DNA of 64,000 bases from a virus: the IMG/VR virus record IMGVR_UViG_3300005289_000004, positions 1 through 64,000 of that record, one strand, 5' to 3'. Position numbers and translations under genes: made by a program. Within the stretch, counting starts at the first letter, position 1. Each line of letters opens with the position of its first letter. Positions 39,819 to 48,383 of this stretch are shown piece by piece. Under the pieces are notes generated by a model. That model had not been told where the DNA came from. It saw only the letters and a program-made list of their open reading frames with translations, and ran no database searches.

Positions 39819-40502
39819 TTATGTTGTTTTATCAGTTACAGTAGAGTGGTCACGCTGGTGGATTAACAGTTCTTCTGCTCTCCAATCTTTACTGTCTACT
39901 ACGGCTGCTATATCATCAAAGTAGTCGTCTGATTTAACGTAGTCTGTGCCGTTGAAGTTAAAGTGGTAATCACCTCCTTTTTCTAGGAAAATGTAATCCC
40001 CCGGTTTGTAGTCTGTACAACCTATCCATACTTTCAATACCTTTGCTACATCTCTGCGGTAATCTTCTAAGTTGCCAGCTAAGTCTAAGAATGTACTGGT
40101 TAGCTTATCATATATAGGTTCGGATAGCACTATCCCTTCTCGTGGTATAAGTTCTTCTCCATCTACCTTAAACATTATCTCTGCGTTGTATACCTTGTAG
40201 TACTTAATACCGTCCTGTTCAAAGAAATGATTAGAAGTCTTGTTCTCTTTTTCAAATGCAAAGTGCTTACACAGTAACTGATCTCCTACATTAAAATCAC
40301 AGTTACCTATTACCTGTACTACTGTTCCCACGTTAGGGTGAGCAGTTCTGTGGTTATTGTTGTACTTTTGTGGGGTGTATAAGGTTAGCTGACCATCTAC
40401 AGTTTCTATCTGCTTAGATTCCTTCTGTTCAAGATCGCACGTCATTATGTAGCATCCTGAAAAATTATAATCGTCTTTATCTAATTCTGCTTTAAACTGC
40501 AT
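39819..40502 (-). CDS. Tandem GroES-like domain protein
   Basis: Two GroES-like halves (GTVV..NVGDQL; KPGDYIF..FNGTDY). Confidence 0.6.
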   Translation of the reverse strand: MQFKAELDKDDYNFSGCYIMTCDLEQKESKQIETVDGQLTLYTPQKYNNNHRTAHPNVGTVVQVIGNCDFNVGDQLLCKHFAFEKENKTSNHFFEQDGIKYYKVYNAEIMFKVDGEELIPREGIVLSEPIYDKLTSTFLDLAGNLEDYRRDVAKVLKVWIGCTDYKPGDYIFLEKGGDYHFNFNGTDYVKSDDYFDDIAAVVDSKDWRAEELLIHQRDHSTVTDKTT

Positions 40503-40710
40503 CTAACCATCTAATTAAAAGTTGTGCGGGCATTTCGTCCTGAAAAGTGTCAGAGTTCCATTCTGAATCTGGTATAGAGAATTTTACGTCTGTTCCATCT
40601 GCTAGTGTCGTTCTGTACACATTGGTATTGTAAACAACAGAAGATACTATTCCACGTTTAGCTGTTGGTTTTTCTTTATAAAGAGCTTTCTTTATTTCTG
40701 TCTTGGTCAT
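40492..40710 (-). CDS. Hypothetical phage protein
   Basis: EIKKALYKEKP..MPAQLLIRWL; overlaps neighbours. Confidence 0.6.
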   Translation of the reverse strand: MTKTEIKKALYKEKPTAKRGIVSSVVYNTNVYRTTLADGTDVKFSIPDSEWNSDTFQDEMPAQLLIRWLDAV

Positions 40711-41525
40711 TGTGTTAATATTGATTTTCCAAATGATAATGCGTTCTTGTGATCTTTAATTAATTGTTTACCTTCCATGCTTACAAACCAGTACTTCTTA
40801 GCTCCTACAGCATTGTTAGACTGTAAGTATCCTTTTTCGGTTAGTTGAGTAAGTATGCTGTACGATGTAGTCAGTAAATCACTTTTTTTAATGCTACCCA
40901 GAACTTCCGCTTGCATAACTGTTGTAAACTGGTCAAAGGTAAGTCCTTTCTTTTTAAGAAACTTGTGTGTCCTTGTTAAATACTCTAGGTTGTTAAGAGT
41001 CTTCTCGTCCACCCCACCATCTGCTATTTTCTGTAACCTCTGTGCCTCTCTACTCAATTTCTCTTTTACAGTTCTGGTGTATCCTCTCTTCTTCTGACTC
41101 CTAACTTCCTGTAGTATATCATGTGACTTGTCCAATTCACGATTAAGTTTAGCTATCTCCCTGTCTTTTGCTTTTGATTCCAGTTCCAGTTGCTCTACTT
41201 CTGAATCCAGTTTCTCTATGCGATCTTCCCTCCTGTAAACTTTATCACGCATTAGTTCTTTCGCATGAATCTGTTTTTGTACTTTCTCTTTAGTTTTTAT
41301 CAGTTTGTCTGTGACATCCTTGGCTTTGTAAAGTTCTAGTACGTATTTAATCTTTTTAATTCTGACTAGCTGGTGTGTAATACAATTTCGCAAGTCTTCG
41401 ATATACAGTTTAAGTTCTTTGCTACTCTTCCCCCTAACATCCCACCTAGCGTAATTAGCATAGAACCCCCCGAAAGTTTTCTTCTTTGTCTTGTGAGTAG
41501 CTTTTACTCTTGGTTCTGTTTCCAT
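40707..41525 (-). CDS. Coiled-coil protein with C-terminal winged-helix (MarR-like) domain
   Basis: GLTFDQFTTV..LTQLTEKGYLQ..YWFVSMEGKQL. Confidence 0.55.
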   Translation of the reverse strand: METEPRVKATHKTKKKTFGGFYANYARWDVRGKSSKELKLYIEDLRNCITHQLVRIKKIKYVLELYKAKDVTDKLIKTKEKVQKQIHAKELMRDKVYRREDRIEKLDSEVEQLELESKAKDREIAKLNRELDKSHDILQEVRSQKKRGYTRTVKEKLSREAQRLQKIADGGVDEKTLNNLEYLTRTHKFLKKKGLTFDQFTTVMQAEVLGSIKKSDLLTTSYSILTQLTEKGYLQSNNAVGAKKYWFVSMEGKQLIKDHKNALSFGKSILTQ

Positions 41526-41608
41526 ACAATCTTTAAATAAGAGGAGTGATACATGAGGGCTTAAACCGACCTGTTCGTAGATTTCCTAACGACTTCACAT
41601 CTCCTCAA

Positions 41609-41815
41609 TTAGTTTACTATTGCTTTTGAAAATCCAAACATTGCAGGATACTTTGCTACTTGAAAACCGCCATTTACAAATGCTTGTAGAACATCTATGT
41701 GGAACTCATCTTCTGGGTTGTACTTCTCTTCGTAAAAGTCTTCTATGTACTTCTGACCCATTTCAATTAGCAATTCTTCTAGGGTGTGTTGCTCAGTTGC
41801 CTTGCGATGTTTCAT
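41609..41815 (-). CDS. Hypothetical protein
   Basis: Operon-consistent ORF. Confidence 0.55.
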   Translation of the reverse strand: MKHRKATEQHTLEELLIEMGQKYIEDFYEEKYNPEDEFHIDVLQAFVNGGFQVAKYPAMFGFSKAIVN

Positions 41816-41818
41816 AGT

Positions 41819-42097
41819 TTACTGTTTACCAAATACATCCTCTAAAGACACTCCAACTAGCTCAGCTACTTTTTTAAGTAGAGCTACCTTATCTTCTACC
41901 TCGCATTCAGGTTCATTGTTCTGTTCGTCGTAAAGTTTAGCTTTGATAAGTAGTTTTTTCATCTCTTCAACCTCAGCCTTTAATTTATCGAACTCTTGTC
42001 TGCTTACCTGTATAGGGTTTACAAGGGGGTTTTTAAACTGTCCCAAATCTTTCCACTTGTCTGAATAGTGGTCGCCAATCATTGATACTACGCACAT
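41819..42097 (-). CDS. Conserved phage protein
   Basis: MCVVSMIGDHY..EFDKLKAEVEEMK..EPECE motif. Confidence 0.65.
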   Translation of the reverse strand: MCVVSMIGDHYSDKWKDLGQFKNPLVNPIQVSRQEFDKLKAEVEEMKKLLIKAKLYDEQNNEPECEVEDKVALLKKVAELVGVSLEDVFGKQ

Positions 42098-42100
42098 AAC

Positions 42101-42349
42101 TTAAAACGGTAAATCTGACGAATCTCCGTTAGTTTGTCCTGTTGGTTTGAAATCGTTAAGCACCGCATATTTCTTACCCCCTTCTTTAGCGTTTAAAATA
42201 TCAACGTTACAATACCCTTTTTCGTTGGTGTGATCTTGCAGGAACTGTGCGAAGTCTGCTGTTTTGAAGGATAGCTTTGTGATCTCTCCGAAGGTAGTGT
42301 TTTTAACGTCTACGAATAAGCCGTTTGCATAAATTTTCTCGTTTGCCAT
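42101..42349 (-). CDS. Putative small single-stranded DNA-binding protein
   Basis: Beta-rich with SSB-type acidic tail SDLPF. Confidence 0.55.
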   Translation of the reverse strand: MANEKIYANGLFVDVKNTTFGEITKLSFKTADFAQFLQDHTNEKGYCNVDILNAKEGGKKYAVLNDFKPTGQTNGDSSDLPF

Positions 42350-42370
42350 TTTTACTTTTGTTTAAGTTTA

Positions 42371-42682
42371 CTATTTAATTTGTTTTCCTTCAACATTACG
42401 TTTCACTCTATCAGCAGTTCTTTTATTTAACCACATAAGAGACTCTTCCAATTTGGTTATTACCAATGCGTTCTCTCTACACGGAAACTTAGATTGCAAA
42501 TAGTTCATCCTTGCAATAAGGACTTCTAAAACCTCCTCATTAGTTGTACCATCACTTACAGTCATCAACTCAACCGAACCCTCTTCTTTTGGTTCTTTTT
42601 GAATAAACTGGATTGTCTGTCCGTTCCTTGACTCTTCAAAGTTTGAAGCAACGTACCTGTGTCCTTCTACTAGTTCTTGCAT
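42371..42682 (-). CDS. tad1: Tad1-family anti-defence sponge (Acb2/Tad1 domain)
   Basis: TIQF..DGTTNEEVLEVLIARM..FPCRENALVITKLEESLMWLNKRTADRVKRNVEG matches the Tad1 C-terminal signature. Confidence 0.8.
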   Translation of the reverse strand: MQELVEGHRYVASNFEESRNGQTIQFIQKEPKEEGSVELMTVSDGTTNEEVLEVLIARMNYLQSKFPCRENALVITKLEESLMWLNKRTADRVKRNVEGKQIK

Positions 42683-42810
42683 GTTTTTAATTCTAATTTA
42701 TATTGTTTCTTTAATCTTTTATACAATGTCCGTTTTGGTATGTCGCTGTTACTCTCAGCTAGTAGTACACCAGCTAACCCTCTTAATTCTCGTGCTTTAT
42801 TTCCGGTCAT

Positions 42811-43005
42811 TTACAGTAGAATTAGTTTTTCATCATTTATAAGTTCAGACTGCCAATCTCTTAAAAGATTTATTGCATGTTTTAATTCTTTCGCTCTAAC
42901 CTGATCTGTTAGAACTTCTTCTGGTTTAATGTAACCACCATCTGAAATGTCATACCAAAAACCATCTGTTGTGACAATTTCTTGTTCGTCTTTGTACTTA
43001 CTCAT
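42811..43005 (-). CDS. Hypothetical protein
   Basis: First ORF after promoter 43032; DGFWYDISDGGYIKPE. Confidence 0.6.
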   Translation of the reverse strand: MSKYKDEQEIVTTDGFWYDISDGGYIKPEEVLTDQVRAKELKHAINLLRDWQSELINDEKLILL

Positions 43006-43031
43006 CTTCTTTAATGTTTAACTTAACAATT

Positions 43032-43197
43032 CAAATATACGACTACTATATGACATTACCAAATTTATTTTTATAAAGGGATAGCTTTACTTTTTCGTAT
43101 AGGATGTTAAGTTATAACTGTACTTGTGTCACCCTGTTAAAATAGGTATACTATTTCTGTATATATTTGCAATTGTAAAAGTAAAGTAGTACCTTTG
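43032..43197. promoter_or_regulatory. Divergent sigma-A-type promoter pair at the main strand switch
   Basis: Minus: TTTG-N20-TATATTTG (43063-43032); plus: TTTG-N20-TACCTTTG (43166-43197). Confidence 0.75.
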
Positions 43198-43199
43198 CA

Positions 43200-43700
43200 T
43201 GTATAAGTAGTTGTTATATCAGGAGTGTAACATACCGCAGCTTAAAAGATATTAGAAAGGCCGATAAGTCGTCAAATAGGAACTCCTGATTCCTGATGTA
43301 CTTTGAAGCCTTTTCTGTTTTAAATATTTTATTTAAGCTGTTGTATGTAGTCGTTGAACAGCTTGGGATATAAGAAGCCCTTAAACAAAAACAACCGTTA
43401 AGAAAATAGGCTAAGAAATAAAGAGTTAGCAATGCTTACGCCAGCAACTAACGACCTGAATGACAGAAATGTTCAAACACTTAGACCGCCATTGAGAATA
43501 AGATTTAGCTTTGATTGAGATTTACGAGCTATTTGGGAGGGGTGATGGGTAGTTTTCTTATAGATTGTAACCTTTAGAACTTAGATCAGCTATAATGCTA
43601 GATTATTAATAAGGGTTAACTCAGGAAGGTTGGGATCAAGTATCTCTACATTCAGGGGTATAAGGCGGGAACTGTCTAATCAGCAACTAACGATCATATA
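43200..43700 (+). ncRNA. Candidate large structured non-coding RNA/leader
   Basis: No credible plus-strand ORF, downstream of promoter, many local and long-range complementary segments (see findings). Confidence 0.55.
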
Positions 43701-43706
43701 TAGGTT

Positions 43707-43925
43707 ATGTCAAGAAGTTATAAAAAGAGTGCAGTAATAAAAGATGGTGGGCATGAAGGTAAGAAACGCTTCAACCAAAACTTTAGGAGTAAAAATAAAA
43801 TACACATAAGGTTAGGTCTTGAACCCAAGTTGCCCAATGAAGTAGAAAATCAATACAATTTATGTGATTGGGGGTGCAGGTTTGAGAAGAGTCATCCCGA
43901 CTATAAAGTAAGAAAAAGAAAATAA
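43707..43925 (+). CDS. Small basic phage protein
   Basis: MSRSYKK..YNLCDW motif. Confidence 0.6.
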   Translation: MSRSYKKSAVIKDGGHEGKKRFNQNFRSKNKIHIRLGLEPKLPNEVENQYNLCDWGCRFEKSHPDYKVRKRK

Positions 43926-43981
43926 TACTTGCACATATAAAAATAAAACACTTACTTTGACTTATATTAAAAAACAAAATT

Positions 43982-44437
43982 ATGGAAGACCTAAGAATTA
44001 GAGAGCTTGACTTTTTCAAGCACAGAACAATCACTTATATGTGTAAAGCAAGAGTGGGTGAAATGGTAATATTTAATAATGAGATGGTTCACGAATCGGA
44101 ATGTGAAAGAGTCACGGAACCCTTCAAGCTTTCGTATAATCTTATGAAGTCAGGCGCTCAATTAATATCAACAGAGAGGCGTGAACAAATGTCTAAGCAC
44201 AAATACAATGATTCTAACGATGACGAGTACGTAAACGGAGAGTTGAAACAGGCTGCAATATATGCCTTAACGTGTAATGATGATGTAGTTTCCAATTACC
44301 CTAAGGACTGGCATCCTATTTTTGGTGATAAATGTGCTACCAAAGATGAGATAGGATTATTGACTGTAGCTGGAGCTTTAATTGCGGCTGAAATAGACAG
44401 AATTAGAAGGCTGGAAGAAAAGGAAAACAATTTTTAA
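43982..44437 (+). CDS. Conserved phage protein, possibly all-alpha NTP-PPase-like
   Basis: ERREQ..DD.Y.NGEL..AA.YA..AGALIAAEIDR. Confidence 0.55.
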   Translation: MEDLRIRELDFFKHRTITYMCKARVGEMVIFNNEMVHESECERVTEPFKLSYNLMKSGAQLISTERREQMSKHKYNDSNDDEYVNGELKQAAIYALTCNDDVVSNYPKDWHPIFGDKCATKDEIGLLTVAGALIAAEIDRIRRLEEKENNF

Positions 44438-44454
44438 CAACTCCACTTTAATAT

Positions 44455-44883
44455 ATGAAAAATCAATTAGCAATAGCAATTAGTTTAACCGCACAGGTTT
44501 TTGAAACTAAAACTGATAAGGCAGGACAACCTTACATCCTACATTGTTTAAGAGTAATGAACGCTGTAGCAGGAGATGACGAGTTAATGCAGATAGCAGT
44601 TCTTCACGATGTTGTTGAAGACACTAACATGACTTTAGAGGACTTGAAAGGTTTAGGATTCACAGACAGGGTTATAACAGCAGTTAGTAGGCTGACACAC
44701 AATTCAGGTGAAAACTACGACGAGTATATTAAATGGATTTCATTTAGCCCTGATGCCACAAAAGTAAAGCTAGCAGACTTAAAAGATAACAGTGATATTA
44801 CAAGACTAAAAGGGCTGACTAAAAAAGACTTTGACAGGATGGAGAAATACCATAAATCCTATGTCTACTTATCTTCCATATAA
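44455..44883 (+). CDS. HD-domain hydrolase, (p)ppGpp-hydrolase-like
   Basis: DKAGQPYILH..AVLHDVVEDT..VKLADLKDN. Confidence 0.85.
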   Translation: MKNQLAIAISLTAQVFETKTDKAGQPYILHCLRVMNAVAGDDELMQIAVLHDVVEDTNMTLEDLKGLGFTDRVITAVSRLTHNSGENYDEYIKWISFSPDATKVKLADLKDNSDITRLKGLTKKDFDRMEKYHKSYVYLSSI

Positions 44884-44887
44884 ACTT

Positions 44888-45487
44888 ATGATGACGCCAT
44901 CCCAGATAAGACGATGTGAACGATTAAAACAGGAGACTAAAGCTAGGAGAACGTTACGGTTAGCTGAGAAAGCTAAAGAGAAGCAAAGACAGTTAGTTTT
45001 AAAGGCTAAACAGAAAGCAGACCGTAAATTAGCAAAGGCTGTACCAGTTAAACCTGAACAAGAGAAGCTACCCAACAGACAGATAAATTTAGACAAGTGT
45101 GTAAGAGTACAGCTAGACGATAACACTGAAGTCTACGTAAAAGAAGGAACGGATATTAACACACTTAAAGCTAGACATAAAAAGGCACGTAAAGTAGGTT
45201 CAATAGGTAAGGTTAGAGAGTGGAGTAACAAGCAGGAGCGTTGGTTAGCAGATAATTATAAAGAACTTACAGATGCCGAGATGTCCAAACATTTAGGAAG
45301 AACGCCTCATGCTATCAAAGAGAGAAGATGCCAGTTAAGGTTACTGAGAAACTGCGGGGACACTTTGTCCTTAAAAGCCAAAATAAAGCGCATGAAGGAA
45401 CTAATAACTTTATGTGAAGCTAATCCTTCACCACCTATAAAAGATGGCTATAAACTAGAGCTAATGAAGTTAAGCGGATTATGGTAA
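44888..45487 (+). CDS. Basic protein with HTH (Myb-like) domain
   Basis: WSNKQERWLADNY..DAEMSKHLGRTPHAIKERR. Confidence 0.6.
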   Translation: MMTPSQIRRCERLKQETKARRTLRLAEKAKEKQRQLVLKAKQKADRKLAKAVPVKPEQEKLPNRQINLDKCVRVQLDDNTEVYVKEGTDINTLKARHKKARKVGSIGKVREWSNKQERWLADNYKELTDAEMSKHLGRTPHAIKERRCQLRLLRNCGDTLSLKAKIKRMKELITLCEANPSPPIKDGYKLELMKLSGLW

Positions 45488-45843
45488 GAACGAAAACAAT
45501 AGACATTCCAATTTACTTTGGATATTTCAGAATTATAGTGGCTGATGATTTTTCTGATGTTCATTTAGGAGGAGCTACGCACCTAAAGGATGTCAAATAT
45601 TATTCAGCTTTCGTATTTACAGACTACACTCCGAAAGACATACAGCGTTTTACAATAGTGGTAAAGCCTAAGACAACACATAGTATTATTGCTCATGAAG
45701 TAGTACACTTAGTCAATTCCCTGTTTGTAGGTAGGGGTATAACCTTAGATGCACACAACGACGAGCCACAAGCCTACCTTACGGGTTGGTTTACAAAAGA
45801 GATATACAAGTTTATTAAGCCTGAGAATGTTAGTTTGTATTAG
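45481..45843 (+). CDS. HExxH zincin-like protein
   Basis: IAHEVVH..DEPQAYL. Confidence 0.7.
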   Translation: MVRTKTIDIPIYFGYFRIIVADDFSDVHLGGATHLKDVKYYSAFVFTDYTPKDIQRFTIVVKPKTTHSIIAHEVVHLVNSLFVGRGITLDAHNDEPQAYLTGWFTKEIYKFIKPENVSLY

Positions 45844-46225
45844 GTGAGGATTGCATGAATTTTTCCTTAACTCGTGTAAGTAGCTGTTCTCTTTCTTCTG
45901 GGCTAAGTGTTCCTTTAATGTCGCCTAAATATAAGTCTCGCTCTACCTCTGATAACCCAAACCATAAATTGTACGTATCAAACTCATCTGTTGCACGTAG
46001 GAAGGGTATCATTTCGAAGGCCGAAAGCGATGAATGTTGTGCGTACCTCTTTATAAGCGTAGATTTCGTAACATTAGTACATTCCCATAACAGTTCTATT
46101 AGCATAGCTCGCATAAAAGACTTATCTGTATGAAAATAATCAACAGCAATCCTCCACCTCACACTGTCCAGCATTTCCTCGATTGTAAAACTCGCAGTAC
46201 GACCTTTCCTTTTCACTTTACCCAT
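45830..46225 (-). CDS. Hypothetical protein in opposite orientation with its own promoter
   Basis: Start MGKVKRKG; TATCTTTG at 46246-46253. Confidence 0.55.
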   Translation of the reverse strand: MGKVKRKGRTASFTIEEMLDSVRWRIAVDYFHTDKSFMRAMLIELLWECTNVTKSTLIKRYAQHSSLSAFEMIPFLRATDEFDTYNLWFGLSEVERDLYLGDIKGTLSPEEREQLLTRVKEKFMQSSPNTN

Positions 46226-46323
46226 AACACTATTTATATTTAGGTCAAAGATAACTATTTTAAAATAAATTTGCAAGTCTGACAAATAGCACATATCTTA
46301 GCGTTATATTAAAAATCAAAAAT

Positions 46324-46737
46324 ATGGAATTAGAGAACTTGACTAGATCACAAAAAGAGTTAGTAAGCTATAAAATGAAAATAGCTTCAAATGTAAACTC
46401 TCTTTCAACACTTTGCAATGGTTTATCTACTGATGCTGGTTGGTGGAAGGGTAATGAAGAACCAAGTATTGAGTGTTTAGCTGTGAAGTTATGTTTAGTA
46501 CATAGTGAAGTATCTGAGGCTTTAGAAGGTTTAAGAAAAGGGCTACAAGACGATCATCTACCAGAAAGAAAGATGTTTGAGGTTGAACTAGCTGATGTGC
46601 TTATCAGAGTTTTTGATTTAGCAGGACAACTTGATATGGATTTAGGTGGTGCTATGGTTGACAAACTGTTATACAACCAACAAAGAGCAGATCATAAGCT
46701 AGAGAACAGGGAAAAAGAAAACGGTAAGAAATTTTAA
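46324..46737 (+). CDS. MazG-like nucleotide pyrophosphohydrolase
   Basis: LVHSEVSEALEG..EVELADVLIRVFDL. Confidence 0.85.
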   Translation: MELENLTRSQKELVSYKMKIASNVNSLSTLCNGLSTDAGWWKGNEEPSIECLAVKLCLVHSEVSEALEGLRKGLQDDHLPERKMFEVELADVLIRVFDLAGQLDMDLGGAMVDKLLYNQQRADHKLENREKENGKKF

Positions 46738-46740
46738 CAT

Positions 46741-48282
46741 ATGAGACAAATATTTACAGTAGAAGAGCTAATCAATTTAGGATTTGAAAAGGTAGAGGAC
46801 AGCCCAACATACCTACAATATATACTCAACAAAAACGATTATTTCTCATCAAACTTCATTGCGAGCGAGGACGTATGGAATTTAGAGAGCGGTATGGAGC
46901 TTAGAGTATCAGCTAGCGGAGATGAAAACTGGTTAGGTGAAGAAGAGTTATTAGCAATCATTAAAAGAGGGTATTTATAATGGAAGAAACAGCAGAACTA
47001 ACGCTAGAGGACAAGCTAACCGCATTCTCCCAACAGGTTAACGAAGATTATCAAAAGATAGACTCTGAACAGAACTTAGAACTGGTACTTGACAAAGAGC
47101 ATTTAGATTTAATCTTAACAGTAGGATTTGGAATACCTTATCACAAGGTTAGCTTGATACGTACAGACGGAAAGTATTTAAAACTTAAACTAGAGAAGAT
47201 ATGAAAAATTCAATATTAATTGCAATACTAGCTTTTACATGTGTATCAGCATCGGTAGTGTCAAGTAGCATTATTACTACACCCGCTAAACCAAAGGAAG
47301 TGTTTACTGATTGGTACGGTATATCTTCATCCTTAACGTCAGATATTAAAAGATACCACGCAAAAGGATTTATTGTTAAAACAGTTACTTCTGGGGGTGG
47401 TGAAGGTAGTAAATACATTCTTGTAATGGAAAAATATTAATAGTATGACTAGGCAAGAAGTAAGAAACTACATATTCAACTTTCCCACTAAGTACGAACA
47501 GGGATTTACAAATTCGGAGATATACACTGTGATTGAAGATTTCCCACCTATTACTCACAACGAGTTCTTTAGAGTGCTTGGAGTTAACACAGTAATGGTG
47601 ATTGGAGGAGAGACGGTGACCTATGCGTGCGATATAGAGAAAACGCTGATGGCTTGTTTAGAAGGTCGGGAACTTAACTGGTGGGAGGTAGACTGATGGA
47701 CTTTAATACGAGGTTTAGGATTAAACGTAGGGTTATCAAAAGCAACAGAGTAACTAACCAAAGAGATTACGGTGATGTTGGGTTGTTTTTAAAATTTGGT
47801 GTAGAAACTTTTAAGCGGTACAACGTCAAAGAGTACTTTACGGGCAGACCTTCTGGTGAGGTAGGAGAAATATGGACGTTCGATTTAAAAGCTAGAAAGT
47901 TTGTTAAGCAGGATATTGATTTTATTGAGCGTGAATTAAATATTGAATTATGAGTGACGTATTTATATCAGTTACAATACAAGATAGCACTACACCTGTA
48001 TGGAAATTATCAGCTTTGTTTTTAGACGGCAAGTATACAATGGTGGGGTTAGAAACTCCATTTGAAGACATGTCGTATTGGGACAATCCAATCTACCTGT
48101 ATGGCACACTTTATCCTCTACTTAGGAGATTTATAGATCACACATTGACTGAAGAAGATGTGTATGAACTGCACGACAATAAATTAGCAACAGTTTTTAA
48201 AGAAGATAACAACTTACCACAAGTGCTATTTGATATGCTTGATAAGGGTAAAGAGTTGGGTTGGCATCTGGTAAAGTTGTAA
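46741..48282 (+). other. Six small hypothetical CDSs (46741-46980, 46980-47204, 47201-47440 with signal/TM, 47445-47696, ~47696-47953, 47950-48282)
   Basis: Tightly packed or overlapping plus-strand ORFs. Confidence 0.65.
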
Positions 48283-48383
48283 CTGTTAAATTGAGACAAG
48301 TTAAACGGTAATAATTAGGTTATCTTAAAAATAAATTGCAGATAACTCTTGACATTGTAAATTTAAGATTGTAGATTAGCAGG

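Noticed and set aside
43442-43693. CRISPR mini-array from the CAGCAACTAACGA repeat
   Set aside because: Only two 13-nt copies 239 nt apart, with no cas genes.
43660-43695. Group I intron core (GCGGGAA..AATCAGCA resemble P/Q elements)
   Set aside because: P4 pairing is mismatched, no R/S (P7) elements were found, and no host gene is interrupted.
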